A stretch of DNA of 64,000 nucleotides from Malacoraja senta (taxonomy: Eukaryota): the NCBI GenBank assembly GCA_038087875.1, contig CM075988.1, positions 4,836,001 through 4,900,000 of the forward strand. Direction: 5' to 3'. The notes under the pieces are model-generated. The model saw only the letters and a list, made by a program, of their open reading frames with translations, did no database searches and was not told the origin of the DNA. Below, piece after piece: positions 25,005 through 38,600 of this stretch (position 1 is its first letter; each line of letters begins with the position of its first letter). The position numbers and the translations under genes were made by a program.

Positions 25005-25800
25005 TTTGACACAAAACGCTGGAGTAACTCAGCGGGACAGGCAGCATCTCTGGAGAAAAGGAATGGGTGATGTTTGGGTCAAGACCCTTCTTCAGACGGG
25101 TCAGGGGAAAGGGAAACGAGAGATATAGACCATGATGTTGAGAGATATTATTAATGTTTAATGTTTTATGTGTCTTAATGTTTTATGTGTTTTATTATTA
25201 ACGTTTAATGTTTTATGTGTCATTCCTAACTGTCACTGTATGTCATGTTGTCACTTACGGGCGGAGCCCCAAGGCAAATTCCTTGTATGTGAATACTTGG
25301 CCAATAAACGTATTCATTCATTCATGTAGAACAAATGGAAGAAAGATATGTAAAAAGTAACGATGATAAAGGAAACAGGCCACTGTTAGCTGTGGGCTGG
25401 GTGAAAACGAGTTACAATGAGACTTAGCAAGACAACTTTGAAGCTACGACTACATATCTTTGATGGTACGACAATGGTGGGGGAGGGATGGAGAGAGAGA
25501 AGTTAGAGAAATCAATATTCATACCACTGGGTTGTAAGCTGCCCAAGCGAAATATGAGATGCTGTTCATCCAATTTGGGTTTGGCCTCATTCTGACAATG
25601 GAGGAGGCCAAGGACAGAAAGGTCAGTGTGGGAATGGGAAGGAGAATTAAAGTGTTTAGCAATCGGGAGATCAGGTAAGTCCAGGCTGACTGAGCAAAGG
25701 TTTGCAGCGAAACGATCGCCCAGTCTACGTTTGGTCTTGCCAATGTATAAGAGTCCACACCTTGAACAACAGATACAGCACACCACAGGAACAGGTTTAC
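25005..25800 (-). mobile_element. Penelope-like element 3' part (GIY-YIG endonuclease + pseudo-LTR)
   Basis: CICCSRCGLLYIGKTKRRLGDRF...HF...LIFRLGSLQPSGMN; pLTR at 25005-25100; unrelated LINE tail inserted at ~25146-25325. Confidence 0.9.
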
Positions 25801-26381
25801 AATGTTCATGCTGAACATAAAGCCAGGATAAACTAATCTCCTCAGCCTGTACATGAACCACAGCCCTCCATTCTCTTCATATCCACAAGCCTAACTAAAA
25901 GCCTCTTAAATGTTACTATTATTTCTAGTTTAGTTTGGTTTATTATTGTCAAGTGGTTGAAATGCAGCAAAAAGCTTTTTGTTGAGTGCTCGCCAGTCAG
26001 TGAAACGATAATGCATGATTACAATCAAGCCGTCCATCGTGTAAATACAGAATAAAGGGTATAACGTTTAGTATAAGATAAAGTCCAGTAAAATCTGAAT
26101 AAAGATAGTCCGAAGGCCTCCAAAGTGGTAGATGGTAGGTCAGGACCGCTGACTAGTTGGTGATAGGATGGTTCAGTCACCTGATCACAAATGGGAAGAA
26201 ACTGTGCCTGAATTTGGAGGTATGTGTTTTCACACTTCTGTACCTCTTGCCTGATGGGAGAGGGGGGACAGGGAGTGTCTAGGGTGAGACTCATCCTTGA
26301 TTATGCTGGTGGCGTTGCCAAGGCAGCGTGAATGGTAGATGGAGTCAATGGAAGGGCGGCTGGTTGTGTGACGGTCTAGGC

Positions 26382-26789
26382 CAGGAGTCGGCAACCTATG
26401 GCCCACCGGCGGATTTTTTGTCCCGTAATCATCCGGCCCACCGAGCGCCGAGCTCTGTCTGTACCGCATCCTGTGCAAACCCGCCGGCACGGCCGCGCAC
26501 CTTCTGTGAACACGCTTAAGAAAGAACTGCAGATACCTCGAAAAATCGAAGGCAGACAAAAATGCTGGAGAAACTCAGCGGGTGAGACATGTCAGGATTG
26601 CATGAGGCTGCCTCACCCCGCTGAGTTTCTCCAGCATTTTTGTCTACGTTCTGTGAACACGTGATTTGACGCCTGCCATCCGGGGCGGGATGGGGGCGGG
26701 ATCCATGTGTACACCTGATAGATGTGGCCCGCCATCCGCTCACAGACATGCGCCCTGGCCCCTATACAGAACAAGGTTGCCGACCCCTG
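26382..26789. mobile_element. hAT (Charlie-like) MITE
   Basis: TIR CAGG(A/G)GTCGGCAACCT; perfect 8-bp TSD GTCTAGGC (26374-26381, 26790-26797). Confidence 0.92.
26515..26648. mobile_element. Fold-back mini-Penelope inside the hAT MITE
   Basis: Inverted arms AGACAAAAATGCTGGAGAAACTCAGCGGG / CCCGCTGAGTTTCTCCAGCATTTTTGTCT; perfect 13-bp TSD TTCTGTGAACACG. Confidence 0.88.
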
Positions 26790-29514
26790 GTCTAGGCTAT
26801 GTCAGTGCAAGTTAATGTCCAGTAAATTCCAATTAAAGTACGAAGGTCTCCAATATGGTGAATGGAAGGTCAGGACTGGATGTCTAGATGTGATATCTTT
26901 AGATATCTGACCTCCTGTGGAAGAAAACCTGTCCCACATATCTCCTTAAAATGTGCCCCTTTCAGCTTAAGCTACCTTGGGACAAAAGGTTCTGACTCTC
27001 TACCTTATCGGCACTTCTCTTAATTTTATATCCTTTTTTCCGGTATAATTAAAAGGAACAATTACATGTGGGATATGATTTGCCAGGATGTTCTAAACCA
27101 GCATATAGATCTGCAGTGTGCTTAACTTGATGAAACATGTTGAAACACCAACAGTTTGGTCTGTGCATCTATACTCAACAGCTTAAGAAGTGTCGAGCTT
27201 CAGTGAGGAAGTGTACTGCCTGGTACTTCTTAAGTTCATTTTCATAAGTTACAGGAGCAGAATTAGGCCATTCAGCCCATCGTCTACTCTGCCATTCAAT
27301 CATGGCTGATTTACCTTCCCCCATTCTCCTGTCTCCCAGGTCACAATGATGTGGGACATGGAAGGGAAACTGTAGGTGCTGGTGCTCCCATGTGCTGAAA
27401 GCCTTGTCCTTCGTGTCAAGAGTCAAGAATGTTTTGTTGTCAAATGTCTCAATATATCTTTCCCTCTCAATCCCATTCTCCTGCCTTCTCCCCATATCCC
27501 CTGACACCCATACTAATCTGTCAATTTGTGCCTAAAAAATACCCAATGACTTGGAGATAGACACAAAAAGCTGGAGTAACTCAGCGGGACAGGCAGCATC
27601 TCTGGAGGGAAGGAATGGGCGAATTTTTGGGTCGAGATCCTACTTCAAGCCTCCACAGCCGTCTGTGGCAGTGAATTCCACATCTTCACCACCCTCTGAC
27701 TAAAGAAATTCCTCCCCATCTCCTTTCTAATGGTACAACCTTTTAATCTGAAGCTATGCCCTTTGATCCTAGGCTCTTCCACTAGTAGAAACATCGTCTA
27801 CAAGTCCACTCTATCCAGGCCTTTCACAATTTGGTAAGTTTCAATGAGGTCCCCCACATCTTGTTGCCTCTCAAAGCTAGGATGTGGAGACTGGTCACTG
27901 GGTGAGGGGTGTGAGGGGACAACAGATTGAGGGAGAAGAAACACAATATTTATGTGTAGGTGAGGATATATTTGTGTTCATCAGATAGACACAAAATGCT
28001 GAAATAACTCAGCGGGACAGGAAGCATCTCTGGAGAGAAGGAATGGGTGACGTTTTGGATCGAGACCCTTCTTTAGACTGGGAGACTGAGGCTATCAGCT
28101 TGGGAGTCATACAGTCCTAAAGTACTGAGTTGCTCCAGCTACTCAAGCTTTTTGTATCTATCACAGGCGACTACTTGCGTGCTGGCCACAGAAACAGATC
28201 TACAGTCACACATTGCAATCCCTCCACACTCTAAAATTTCTAATCCTACAGCAACATTGCTTACTTTAACTATGATATTCCATTATCATCTATCTTTACA
28301 CCGTAAATGGCTTGATTGTATTCAAGTATTGTCTTTATGCTGACTGGATAGCACGCAACAAAAGCTTTTCACTGTACCTCGGTACACGTGACAATAATCT
28401 AAATTGGACTGTTGAAAAAGCTCAGCAGGTCAGGCGGCGACTCTGGAGACGGAACCAGGGTTAGTGCTTCAAGTCAATCAGCCTTCGGTCGAAACTGCCA
28501 TAGGTTAGAAAGCAAACTGTTTGCAGAGACGGAGGATGCATGGAGAGAACAAAGAGAGTGTGTGTGAGACGGACAGTTGGAGTCGGTGCCTGATGACACT
28601 GGGTGGTGAAGACTTGTTGATCACAACAGATCGGTCTGGAGGAGGTGGCGACAGGAAGAGATGAATGGGAGCAGAAGTGAGAGAATAAAACACTGCTGGA
28701 ACTGTAAGATGAAGAATGCACACGGTTTTGATTTTCTACATTTGTAAAACACTGCATCTTATGCTCCACATCTCTGAAGCGTATATCTCTGAGGCCGTGC
28801 TGATGTACTGAATGCAAATGTGAATTTGTTTATCAATGCCAGCATACATGTGGGCATGGCTCACGAGATATACCAAGCAGTCAACATTTTGCAAGGTCTT
28901 GTGTGGTTCTATCTTGTTGGGGTTGGTGGTGCTAAGTGGTGAGGGCAGTTTGGTGAAGGACCTTTGCTTTGTGAATTGAGTGATTTGTCCTGTTTTTATA
29001 CACTTCCAGTTTTTACCCCCACTCTCCCTACTACAATCCATTTCAAGAAGGGTCCTAGCCTCTGACTTACAGGGGGAGGTTGAGGAGTCTGGGACTCTAT
29101 TCCTTGGAGCGCAGGAGGATGAGGGGTGATCTTATAGAGGTGTATAAAATCATGAGAGGAATAGATGGGGTAAATGCATGAGAGTAGGTGAATTGAGGAT
29201 CAGAGGACATAGGTTTAACTAGACTAAGTGGGACCCGTTGGGTCCCATGTTCACACGAGAGGGCTGGTCCCCCAACGCAATATTCCACCTCTCCACCAAT
29301 TCCAATATTGGTGACCAGTGGGGGGGGGAGGGAGGGGCTTACTGGAGTGCTAGTATGGGTATTGTGGGCTGAAGTACTGGTTTCCAGAGGGCTAGTATGG
29401 ACATTGTGGGTCAAATGGTTCTTGGGGTGGCAGCTCAGTCACTCAAGCCTGATGTGCTGGCAGCCCACACACGGCTGGTGGGCTAACAGTTGACACCCGG
29501 CGATTCCTTGAAAT

Positions 29515-29866
29515 ACTATTTTAAGCAGGGTGCAAGGCCACCAAATTCAAATGCCGTTTCCTACCATTTCAAGCAGGGTGCTAGGCCACCAAATTCAAGT
29601 GCAATTTATTACCACTTCAAGCAGGGTGCAAGGCCACCAAATTCAAGTGCAATTTCATGCCACTTCAAGCAGGGTGCAAGACAGCCAAATTCAAGTGCAG
29701 TTTCATACCATTTCAAGCAGGGTGCAAGGCCACCAAATTCAAGTGCAGTTTCATACCATTCCAGGCAGGGTGCAAGGCTACCAAATTCAAATGCAGTTTT
29801 ATACCATTTCATGCAGGGTGCAAGGCCACTGCATTCAAATGCAGTTTCATACCATTTCAAGCAGAG
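29515..29866. repeat. 48-bp minisatellite, ~7 copies
   Basis: Unit TTCAAGCAGGGTGCAAGGCCACCAAATTCAAGTGCAGTTTCATACCAT. Confidence 0.95.
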
Positions 29867-30270
29867 TGAAACCACCATAAAACCACCATAAACCACACAA
29901 TTCACCACATAAACACCACACTCACAGTTCAGTAGACATTCAGTGTGTTCAGTTGATTCACAGCTCACACAGAGTCGTGACCTCTCCCCCATCTTGCAGA
30001 GTCTGAGCCACACCCACACTTCCGGATTTTATAATCCGGCCCCCCTCTCACCGGAAAGGGCATGGCATTTATGGAGTGATTGACAGGAGAGAGATTCTCA
30101 ACATTTTTTTAAACACTATTAACACTTTTTTTTTCATTGATGGGAAGAATCTTTTGCACCTGATGAGCGGAGGGGGACTGAGTAAGATGGTCAAAAATCA
30201 CTGCCGTAAGTGGTAGCGTTTTATCTAAAATCAATATACAGTGCAAACAGGAAGTTGTCAAGTTTAGACT

Positions 30271-30430
30271 AACAACCATTTGCAGTGCAGCATTTCAAAG
30301 CAATCACCACCAACAACCATTTGCAGTGCAGCATTTCAAAGCAACCACCACCAACAACCATTTGCAATGCAGCATTTCAAAGCAACCACCACCAACAACC
30401 ATTTGCAGTGCAGCATTTCAAAGCAACCAC
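30271..30430. repeat. 41-bp minisatellite, ~4 copies
   Basis: Unit AACAACCATTTGCAGTGCAGCATTTCAAAGCAACCACCACC starting at 30271, 30312, 30353, 30394. Confidence 0.95.
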
Positions 30431-31689
30431 ATTTTCATTTTCAAACCACATTAAGGGCACTCACAGTTGAGTAGACATGTGTTCAGTGTTATTCACAACT
30501 CAGAGAGAAGTGACCCTCTTGCTTCCTCCATCTTGCAGAGACTGACTGAGGCACAATACTTCCGTGTTTTATAGTCCCTTCCCCCTCCCACCAGCAGGGG
30601 CAGCAGAGAGAATCTCAACATTTTTAAAACATTACTAACTCTTTTATTTTTCAGCGATGGGAAAAATCCTCTTGCCCTGCGCAGCGGAGGGGGTTTCTGA
30701 GTAAGATGGCTAAAAATCACAGCCATAAGTGGCAGCCTTTTTTCTAAAATCATGACACAGAAAAACAGGAAGTGGTCAAGATCAGACTTTTAGTAATATA
30801 GATAGATGTGAAAGGGAAAAGATGTAATAGGAATCTGAGGGGTAACGTTTTCACACACAGGGTGGTGGATGAATGAACAAGCTGCCAGAGGAGGTAGTTG
30901 AGGCTGGGTCTATCCCAACGTTTAAGAAACATGGATAGGACAGGTTTGGAGGGATATGGGCCAAATGCAGGCAGGTGGGATTAGTGTCTCTGGGACATGG
31001 TGGGCAAGTTGCGCTGAAGGGCCTGTTTCCATGCTGTATGACTCTATGACCTGAAATGTCACCTATCCATACTCTCCATGGATGCTGCCTAACCTGTTGG
31101 GTTACGCCAGCATTGTGTGTCTACCTTTACTTAGTGAATTCTTTGTGTGAGGCCCTTTTTCATGTTCTGTTCAGTGAATGAGGCCACAATGACCTGGAAC
31201 TGTCCTGTGAGTGTGCATGCACAGTATCATCCACATATCGCAGTTTGATGACTGAGATTTTCATGATCATGGTTTAGGAATGAAAAAAATGTACACAGAA
31301 CATAGAACATAGAACAGTGCAGTGGAGACACAAAGAACCGTAGAAGCTGGAATCTTGGAGTAACACAAGTGGTCAGGCAGCATCTCTGGAGGACATGGAC
31401 AGGCGACGTTTCAGGCCGGGATAATTATTCGGCTGAGCTGCTTCCTGATCCCTTGAGTTACTACAATGCTTCGTGTTTTATGGGACTGTACGGCACAAGT
31501 AAAGGCCCTTCAGCCCACAATATTGTGCCAAACATAATGGCAAGATAAACTAATTACTTCTGCGTGACTAGGATCCCTAGTCCCTGCATATATCTTTGCC
31601 TATTTGAAGGCCTCTTAAATGCCACTATTGTGTCGGCCATCACCCTTGGCAACGCATTCCAGTACCTCCTATCGTCTGTATAAAACACT

Positions 31690-32185
31690 AATGTTGTCAA
31701 GCTGGAAAAGGTGCAGAGAAGACTTACGAGGTTGTTCCCTGGGCTCGAGGGTCTGAGATACAGGGAAAGGTTGAGCAGGCTGGGACTTTATTCTTTGGAG
31801 TCCAGTAGGATGAGCGGTGATCTTATAGAGGTGCACAAAATCATGAGAGGAATAGATCAGGTAAATGCATGCTTTTGCCCAAAGTAGGGGAGTCGAGGAC
31901 CAGAGGACATAGGTTTAAGGTGAGGGGGGGGAAGGGTTAATAGGAACCTGTGGAGTAACATTTTTACACAAAAGATTCTAGGGTATATGGAATAAGCTGT
32001 CAGAAGAGGTAGTTGAGGTAGGTCCTGTAACAACATTGTAGAAACATTTACACAGGCTCATGGATAGATTAGGTTTAGAGGGATATGAGCCAAAGTATGG
32101 CAGATAGGACTAGCGTAGATGGGGCATGTTGGTTGGTGTGGGTAGGTTGATCAAAGAGCCTGTTTCCACACTGCACAACTCTATA
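31690..32185 (+). mobile_element. CR1 LINE 3' fragment
   Basis: AAGGTGCAGAGAAG...GATCTTATAGAGGTG...GAGGACATAGGTTTAAGG CR1 C-terminal and 3'UTR sequence. Confidence 0.8.
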
Positions 32186-32309
32186 ACACTTGTCCAGCAC
32201 ATGCTCCTCTTATCTTAAACCTATGCTGTTTAAACTTTGACATTTCCACCCTGCTAAAAAGATGTAGCTTGAGATTAAGAAGTTTTCTAATAATTCTTTA
32301 ATTTCACAA

Positions 32310-33045
32310 ATTCACAAGTTATGGGAGTAGAATTACGCCACGCGGCCCATCAAGTCTACTCCGCCATGCAATCATGGCTGATCTCTGCCTCCTAATCCCA
32401 TTTTCCTACTTTATCCCCATAACCCTGGACACCCGTTCTAATCAAAAACCTGTTTATCTCTGCCTTAAAAATATCCACTGATGGCTTCCACAGCCCTCTG
32501 TGCCAATGAGTTCCACAGATTAACTACCCTAAAGAAACTAAATCAACTACCCTAAATTAACTAACTAAAGAAATTCCTCCTCACCTCCTTTTTAAAAGAG
32601 CACTCTTTCATTCTGATGCTATGACCTCTCGTCCTAGACTCTCCCACCAGTGGAAACATCCTTTCCACATCCACTCCATCTATGCCTTTCATTATTCTAT
32701 GTTTCAATGAGGTCCCCCCTCAATCTTCTAAACTCCAGCGAGTAGAGCCCCAATGTGGTGAAACACTCATCACATGCTAACCCACTCATTCCTGGAATCA
32801 TTCTTGTAAACCTCCTATGGACCCTTTTACAGAGCCAGCACATCCTTCCTCAGATATGGGGCCCAAATTTGCTCACAGTGCTCCAAACGCAGCCTGACCA
32901 GCTTCTTATAGAGGCCTCAGCATTGCATCTCTCTTTTTGTAATCCATTCCTCTTGATATAAATGCCAGCATTGAGTTTGCCTTCCTTACTACCGATTCGA
33001 CTTGCAAATTAACTTTTTGGGAGTCCTGCTTCAGCACACCCAATT
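32310..33045 (-). mobile_element. CR1 LINE 3' fragment
   Basis: Similar to 18413-19100 and 56520-56900. Confidence 0.8.
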
Positions 33046-33469
33046 TAGCTTTTTTTCCAGCAGGAGCATCTCATAAAGGCCATCAACGTAATCAAGGATG
33101 AGTCTCACCCTGGTCACTCCCTCTCCTCCCCTCTCCCATCAGGCAAGAGGTGCAGAAGTTTGAAAACCTATACCTCCAGATTTACAAAATTTCTTCCCAG
33201 CTGTTATCAAGCAACTGAATGACCCTCTCATCAGCTAGAGAGCTCCCCTGACCTCCCGTCTACCTCATTGGAGACCTTAGACCTATTAATTAGTTGGACC
33301 TTATTGGACCTTTTCTTGCACTAAATGTTTACCCTTTATCCTTTAACTGTGCACTGTGGATGGCTTCATTGTAGTTACATGTAGTCTTTCCTTTGACTGG
33401 ATAGCACACAAATAAAAGCTGTGTACTATACCTCGGTACACTTGATGATAATAAATTAAACTAAACTAA

Positions 33470-33745
33470 TCTTGTTGGGGAGGAACTGCAAGGTTCGGTT
33501 ATGCAAGATTGGCAACACGTTTGGGCTGATGACACAGTCTTGCCTGACACATGTCTTCACTGAGACTGGGATTGAGGTGGATGCAAGGGTTAGAATCATG
33601 ACTTGTGAGCCATCATGCCTGCACGGTGTGACTTGACTGATTGAATCAAGGACCTTTGCAAGGTCACGGAGAGTGATTGATGTTACTCTCAGAGCTATCT
33701 TTAGACTTGTCACAGAATAAAGATCATGTGCACTGTGCCTCCTCA
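33470..33745 (-). mobile_element. Old RTE-type RT fragment
   Basis: IPVSVKTCVRQDCVISP resembles the RT motif (F.V.TGV.QGCV..P). Confidence 0.45.
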
Positions 33746-33889
33746 ATGAAGGAAAACACATTGTGATTCGGAGAGCATCACCTCAGCCATGGGGACGTGA
33801 TGGCTAGAAGGGATCTTGGTGACGACTTTCTCTCCGACGGACTCTTTCATTCCCGCAGTCGGATTTTCCTCCTCTGGAGAGCGAGGGAG

Positions 33890-34168
33890 ATTCGGCCTGG
33901 AAACAGGGTCCACCGAGTCCATGCCGGCCATCGATCATCCCGTCAAACTAGTTCTATGTTATCCCACTTTCTCATCCACTCCCTACACACCACGGGCAAT
34001 TAACCTACATACTTTCGCGTCTTTGGGATGCGAGAGGAAACCGGAGCACCCGGAGAAAACCCACGCGGTAACAAGCAGAACGTGCAAACTATACACAGAT
34101 AGCACCCAAGGTCGTAATCAAACTCGGGGTTCTGGTGCTGTGAGGCATCAGCTCTACCAGCTGCCACA
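33890..34168 (-). mobile_element. HE1-like V-SINE
   Basis: Reverse complement of head and core (GGAAACCGGAGCACCCGGAGAAAACCCACGCGG). Confidence 0.85.
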
Positions 34169-34843
34169 TCGTGCTTCCTTTCCTTGAAGATAATCAAGAA
34201 TAATTGGTTCTTGAGGTCACCCACCTTGCACAATTGTGTGAAAAGAGGCTGTGAATTTGTACCAGAAGTTCCTCTTCACTAAATAATTCAACTGAATCAT
34301 CCTACCACAACCAGAGAGCAGTGCTGAATTACTATCTATCTCTTTGGTTCGAAGGGCTGAATGGCCTACTCCTGCATCTATTGTCTATTGTCTATTGGAG
34401 ACCCTCAGACTATCCTTGATCGGGCTTTGTTGGTTTTATGTAACGTTATTCCCTTATCATGTATCTATGCACCGTAAATAGCTTGATTGCAATCAGACAA
34501 TAAATTAAACTGAACTGAACTGAGATACTGTTAACTACTCCCACATCCACTCAATTTACTACTAGGCAAAATTAAATGAGAGATACTGTTACTCCACATC
34601 CACTCAATTTACAATTCACGATTCAATATTTAAAAAAGTGTTTTAGAGATACAGCGCGGAAACTGGCTATATGGCCTACCGCTTTCACACCGTCCAGCGA
34701 TCCTGCACACTAACATTATCCTACACACACTCAGGACAATTTACATTCATACCAAGCCTACAAACCTGTACGTCTTTGGAGTTCGGGAGGAAACTGAATT
34801 TCTCGGAGGAAACCCATGCAGTCGTGGGGAGAACGTACAAACT

Positions 34844-36225
34844 CAAGTCAAGTCAAGTCAAGAGAGTTTATTGTCATGGGTCCCAGATAGGACAATGAAA
34901 TTCTTGCTTGCTGCAGCACAACAGAATATTGTAAGCAAAAATACAGAATAGTTCAGTTCAATATACACATAAATAAGCAGATAAAGTGCAATAGGCTGTT
35001 ACAGTTCAGAGTCTGTTTGTTGGCGAGTTTAATAGCCTGATGGCTGTGGGGAAGAAATTGTTCCTGAACCTGTATGTAACAGATTTCAGGATCCTGTACC
35101 TTCTGCCCGATGGTAGCGGAGAGATGAGTGCGTAGCCAGGATGGGGTGGGTCCTTGATGATGTTGGCTGCCTTTTTGAGGCAGTGACTGCGATAGATCCC
35201 TTTGATGGTGGGGAGGTCAGAGCCGATGATGGACTGGGCAGTGGTTACAACTTTCTGCAGCCTTTTCCGCTCCTGGGCCCTCAAGTTGCCGAACCAAGCC
35301 ACGATGCAACCAGTCAGCATGCTCTCTACTGTGCAACAAGAAGTTCAAGAATGTTCTCTTTGACATACCGACTCTCCATAGTCTTCTCAGGAAGTAGAGG
35401 CGCTGATGTGCTTTCATTATGATTGCATCAATGTGCTGGGACAGGAAAGATCTTCGGAAATGTGCATGCCCAGGAATTTGCTGTTCTTGACCCTTTCCAC
35501 CATCGTCCCGTTGATGTAAACGGGATTGTGGGTCCCAATCCTACCCCTTCCAAAGTCCACAATCAGTTCCTTGGTTTTGCTGGTGTTGAGAGCCAGGTTA
35601 TTGTGCTGGCACCATTTGGCCAATCGGTTGATCTCACTTCTATACTCTGACTCGTCCCCATCAGTGATTGGTCCCACAACAGTGGTGTCATCGGTGAACT
35701 TGATGATGGAGTTCGCATTATATCCGGCTACGCAGTCATGAATATAGAGTGAGTAAAGCAGAGGGCTGAGCACACAGCCGTGAAGTGCTCCTGTGCTGAT
35801 TGTTATTGAAGATGACACATTTCCACCATTACGGACAGATTGTGGTCTGTGGATGAGGAAGTCGAGAATCAAATTACAGAGGGTTGCGCAGAGATCCAGA
35901 TCTGAGAGCTTGGTAACCAGCTTGGAGGGGATGATGGTATTAAATGCTGAGCTGTAGTCAATGAATAACAGCCTTGACAAATGAGTTTTTGTTGTCCAAG
36001 TGGTCCAGAGTGGAGTGGAGAGCCAGTGAGAACGCGTGCACCGTTGATCTGTTATGGCGGTAAGCGAACTGCAGTGGGTCGAGGTTCTTGTCGAGGTATG
36101 AGTTGATATGCGCCATAATCAACCTCTCAAAGCACTTCATCACCACAGACGTTAGTGCCACTGGTCGATAGTCATTGAGGCACGTCACCTTGCTCTTCTT
36201 GGGCACCGGTATTATTGAGTGTGAA
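34844..36225 (-). mobile_element. Rex1/Babar-clade LINE, 5'-truncated, inserted into an HE1-like SINE (34645-34843 + 36226-36297)
   Basis: [73 protein letters not shown]; (TTGAC)n tail. Confidence 0.92.
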
Positions 36226-37072
36226 CGCACAGTCAGGATCAAACCCGGGTCTCTGGCGCTGTAAGGCAATAGTTCTACTGCTACTCCTCTGTGCTGCCCC
36301 TATTCTACAGCTTGAGTTGAAGAAGTACGCGCTCAGCCCAAAACAACCTCTAGTGCCAGTGCTTCTCAATCGACAAGTCCCTTCAAGTATCGCCATTGAG
36401 GATTTGCCATTCGAAACATGTGTGTGTGTGGTAGAGACACCTGCAGTAATGTGGGTCGTACATCGTCCACTGACACCCATCACTGTCCAGCAGTCTCTGT
36501 ACATTCGCAAGCCATATTCCCAGACAATGCCCTGCAATTTAGTGAGGCAGTTTACATATGCACAAAGTACCTGATTGCATTTAGTGATTGCTTTTCTAAT
36601 AAAATGTTAGTATGTGGCACATAAAGCACTGTGCTCTTTTATGGAGGTGGTAGCTCATAGCAATGGAGGTTGTCACAGCCAAGAAAATGGCCATCTCATC
36701 CATTATGCATGTGCCAGGCAGTGATACACTGACTGAAGCTCCCTTGCTCTCTCTCCACATATCTGTAAATCTCCCCCCTCCTATTTCTTTACAGACTTTT
36801 CAGAAAAATATCAGTGCATTCATTCCCACACCCTTTCACAGTGCCCTAAGAGTATAATAACTCACGGTTAATATGCTCCCTCGTGTTTCTACACTAGACA
36901 GAGTTTCTCTTTATTTACAGTAAGTGAACAAAACCTTCCATGATGTTATACCCTGAGAGTAATTCCCTCCCCCCCTCCCCCCCACACCCCAATCCTCTCT
37001 GCTTGATGAATAAGGTTGTCTCTTTTATCCCTGGTCCCACCTAGTAATCCCCCCTTGTACTCCTCTTTCCAA

Positions 37073-37365
37073 TGTGCAGCGGTAAAGTTGCTGCCTCACA
37101 GCGCCAGAGAACCGCGAACGATCGCGGTGTTCTGTACGGAGTTTGTACGCTCGCACTGTGACTGCGTGGGTTTTCTCCGTGTGCTCCGGTCTCCTCCCAC
37201 ACTCCAAAGACGTACAGGTTAGTAAGCTGATTTGTTTTGCGAAAAGTTGTAAATTGTCCCTGACGTGTAGGATAGTGTCAGTGCACAGAGATCGCTGGTC
37301 GGCGATCGGTGGGCCGATGGGCCTGTTTCCATGCTGTATCTATAAAGAGTAAAGTCTAAAGTCTA
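37073..37365 (+). mobile_element. HE1-like V-SINE
   Basis: Head, V core and CR1-like tail. Confidence 0.85.
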
Positions 37366-38129
37366 TAGCAGAGGGATCCTTCCCAAAGGCTGTGCCCAGT
37401 ATAGAGCTCCTATCGAGGACCAGATACATAGGTTTAAGGTGAAGGGGAAAATAATTAATAGGAATCTGGGGAATAACCTTTTCACATAAAGGGTGGTGGG
37501 TGTATGGAACAAGCTGCCAGAGGAGGTAGTTGAGGCTGGGACTAGCCCAACATTTAAGAAACAGTTAGACAGGTACATGGATAGGACAGGTTTGGAGTGA
37601 TATGGACCAAACACGGGCAGGTGGGACTAGTGTAGCTGGGACATGTTGGCCGGTGTGGACAAGTTGGGCCGATAGGCCTGTTTCCGCACTGTATCACTCT
37701 ATGACTCGATCACTCTGCAGACACAACCCTCAGTTATGGGATGTAATCACAGTTTCACAAATGATAACATGTTTTTATTTCTATATTGTGAATCTCTCAA
37801 TAAAACAATGAATGCCAGGCACATTTTAAACAAGGATTACCATTTAGTCCTGTCACCAGTATTCTTGATCTGCTTAAAATTAGATCATGTTGTCCATCCT
37901 CCCTTCAATGGATATCACCACATGCAGGCCTCACATCTATCCTTCTACCAACTGGGAACATCTCACAACTGCTATACAGTTTCTATAGAACAGAGAACAG
38001 TGCAGCACAGGGAGAAGCCCTTCAGCCCAGATTCTCTGTGGTGAACAGAATAAACTAATCTCATCTGCCTGCACATGATCCATATCCCTCCATTCCCATC
38101 ATATCCATGTGCCTATCTAAAAGCCTCTT

Positions 38130-38600
38130 CCGGAAACCGCCCGCCGCGGATCGAGGACCCGGGAACCCACCTGGAGGGCCGGTGAGCGGACTGGCTGCGG
38201 GAGGGAGTGAGCGGCCTCGTCGGGGGAGTGGGCCGCTGGAGGACCTGCGGCAGCCTGGGGCTCGGCTGGACCGGGTGCCGCTCCCAGAGGCCGATCACGC
38301 GGACCGGACGCAGCCTACAGCGGTGGAGCAGCGGCGTAGGACACCAGCGACCACGATTGGCCAGGCCGACCCTGCAACGCCGCCAGGACAACAGGCCTTC
38401 GTGGTCAGATCAAGATCCCTGCACATACAACAACTGGGACTTGAAAATGGTGCCAAACTGGCGACTCGGTGTACTGTCCCAGTGTACGACTGCTGTACAC
38501 TTGTACTGTATCTGAGATCGAGTAGTACTTTTACTGAACTGTACACAAAAATGAATTTCACTGTACCTTGGAACATGTGACAAATAAGGTGCCATACCAT
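38130..38600 (+). mobile_element. GC-rich non-autonomous retroposon fragment with LINE-type 3' tail
   Basis: CpG-rich body, tail AATTTCACTGTACCTTGGAACATGTGACAAATAA; interrupts a CR1 fragment; similar piece at ~41435-41735. Confidence 0.55.

Larger units (their letters stand above)
29219..30806 (-). mobile_element. Non-autonomous Helitron with internal minisatellites and a ~350-bp duplication
   Basis: Minus strand: A|TCTATCTATATTAC...GGGACCC-AAC-GGGTCCC-ACTTAGT-CTAG|T; inserted between A and T with no TSD. Confidence 0.92.
29070..31050 (+). mobile_element. CR1 3' fragment split by the Helitron at 29219-30806
   Basis: GAGGACATAGGTTTAA|TGTGAAAGGGAAAAG rejoins across the insert, as in the uninterrupted copy near 37425-37450. 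Confidence 0.8.

Noticed and set aside
29515..29866. CRISPR-like array or repetitive protein (ORFs 29490, 29530, 29609, 29657)
   Set aside because: Contiguous 48-bp tandem units with no unique spacers; ORFs open in several frames because the unit is a multiple of 3; lies inside a Helitron in eukaryotic DNA.
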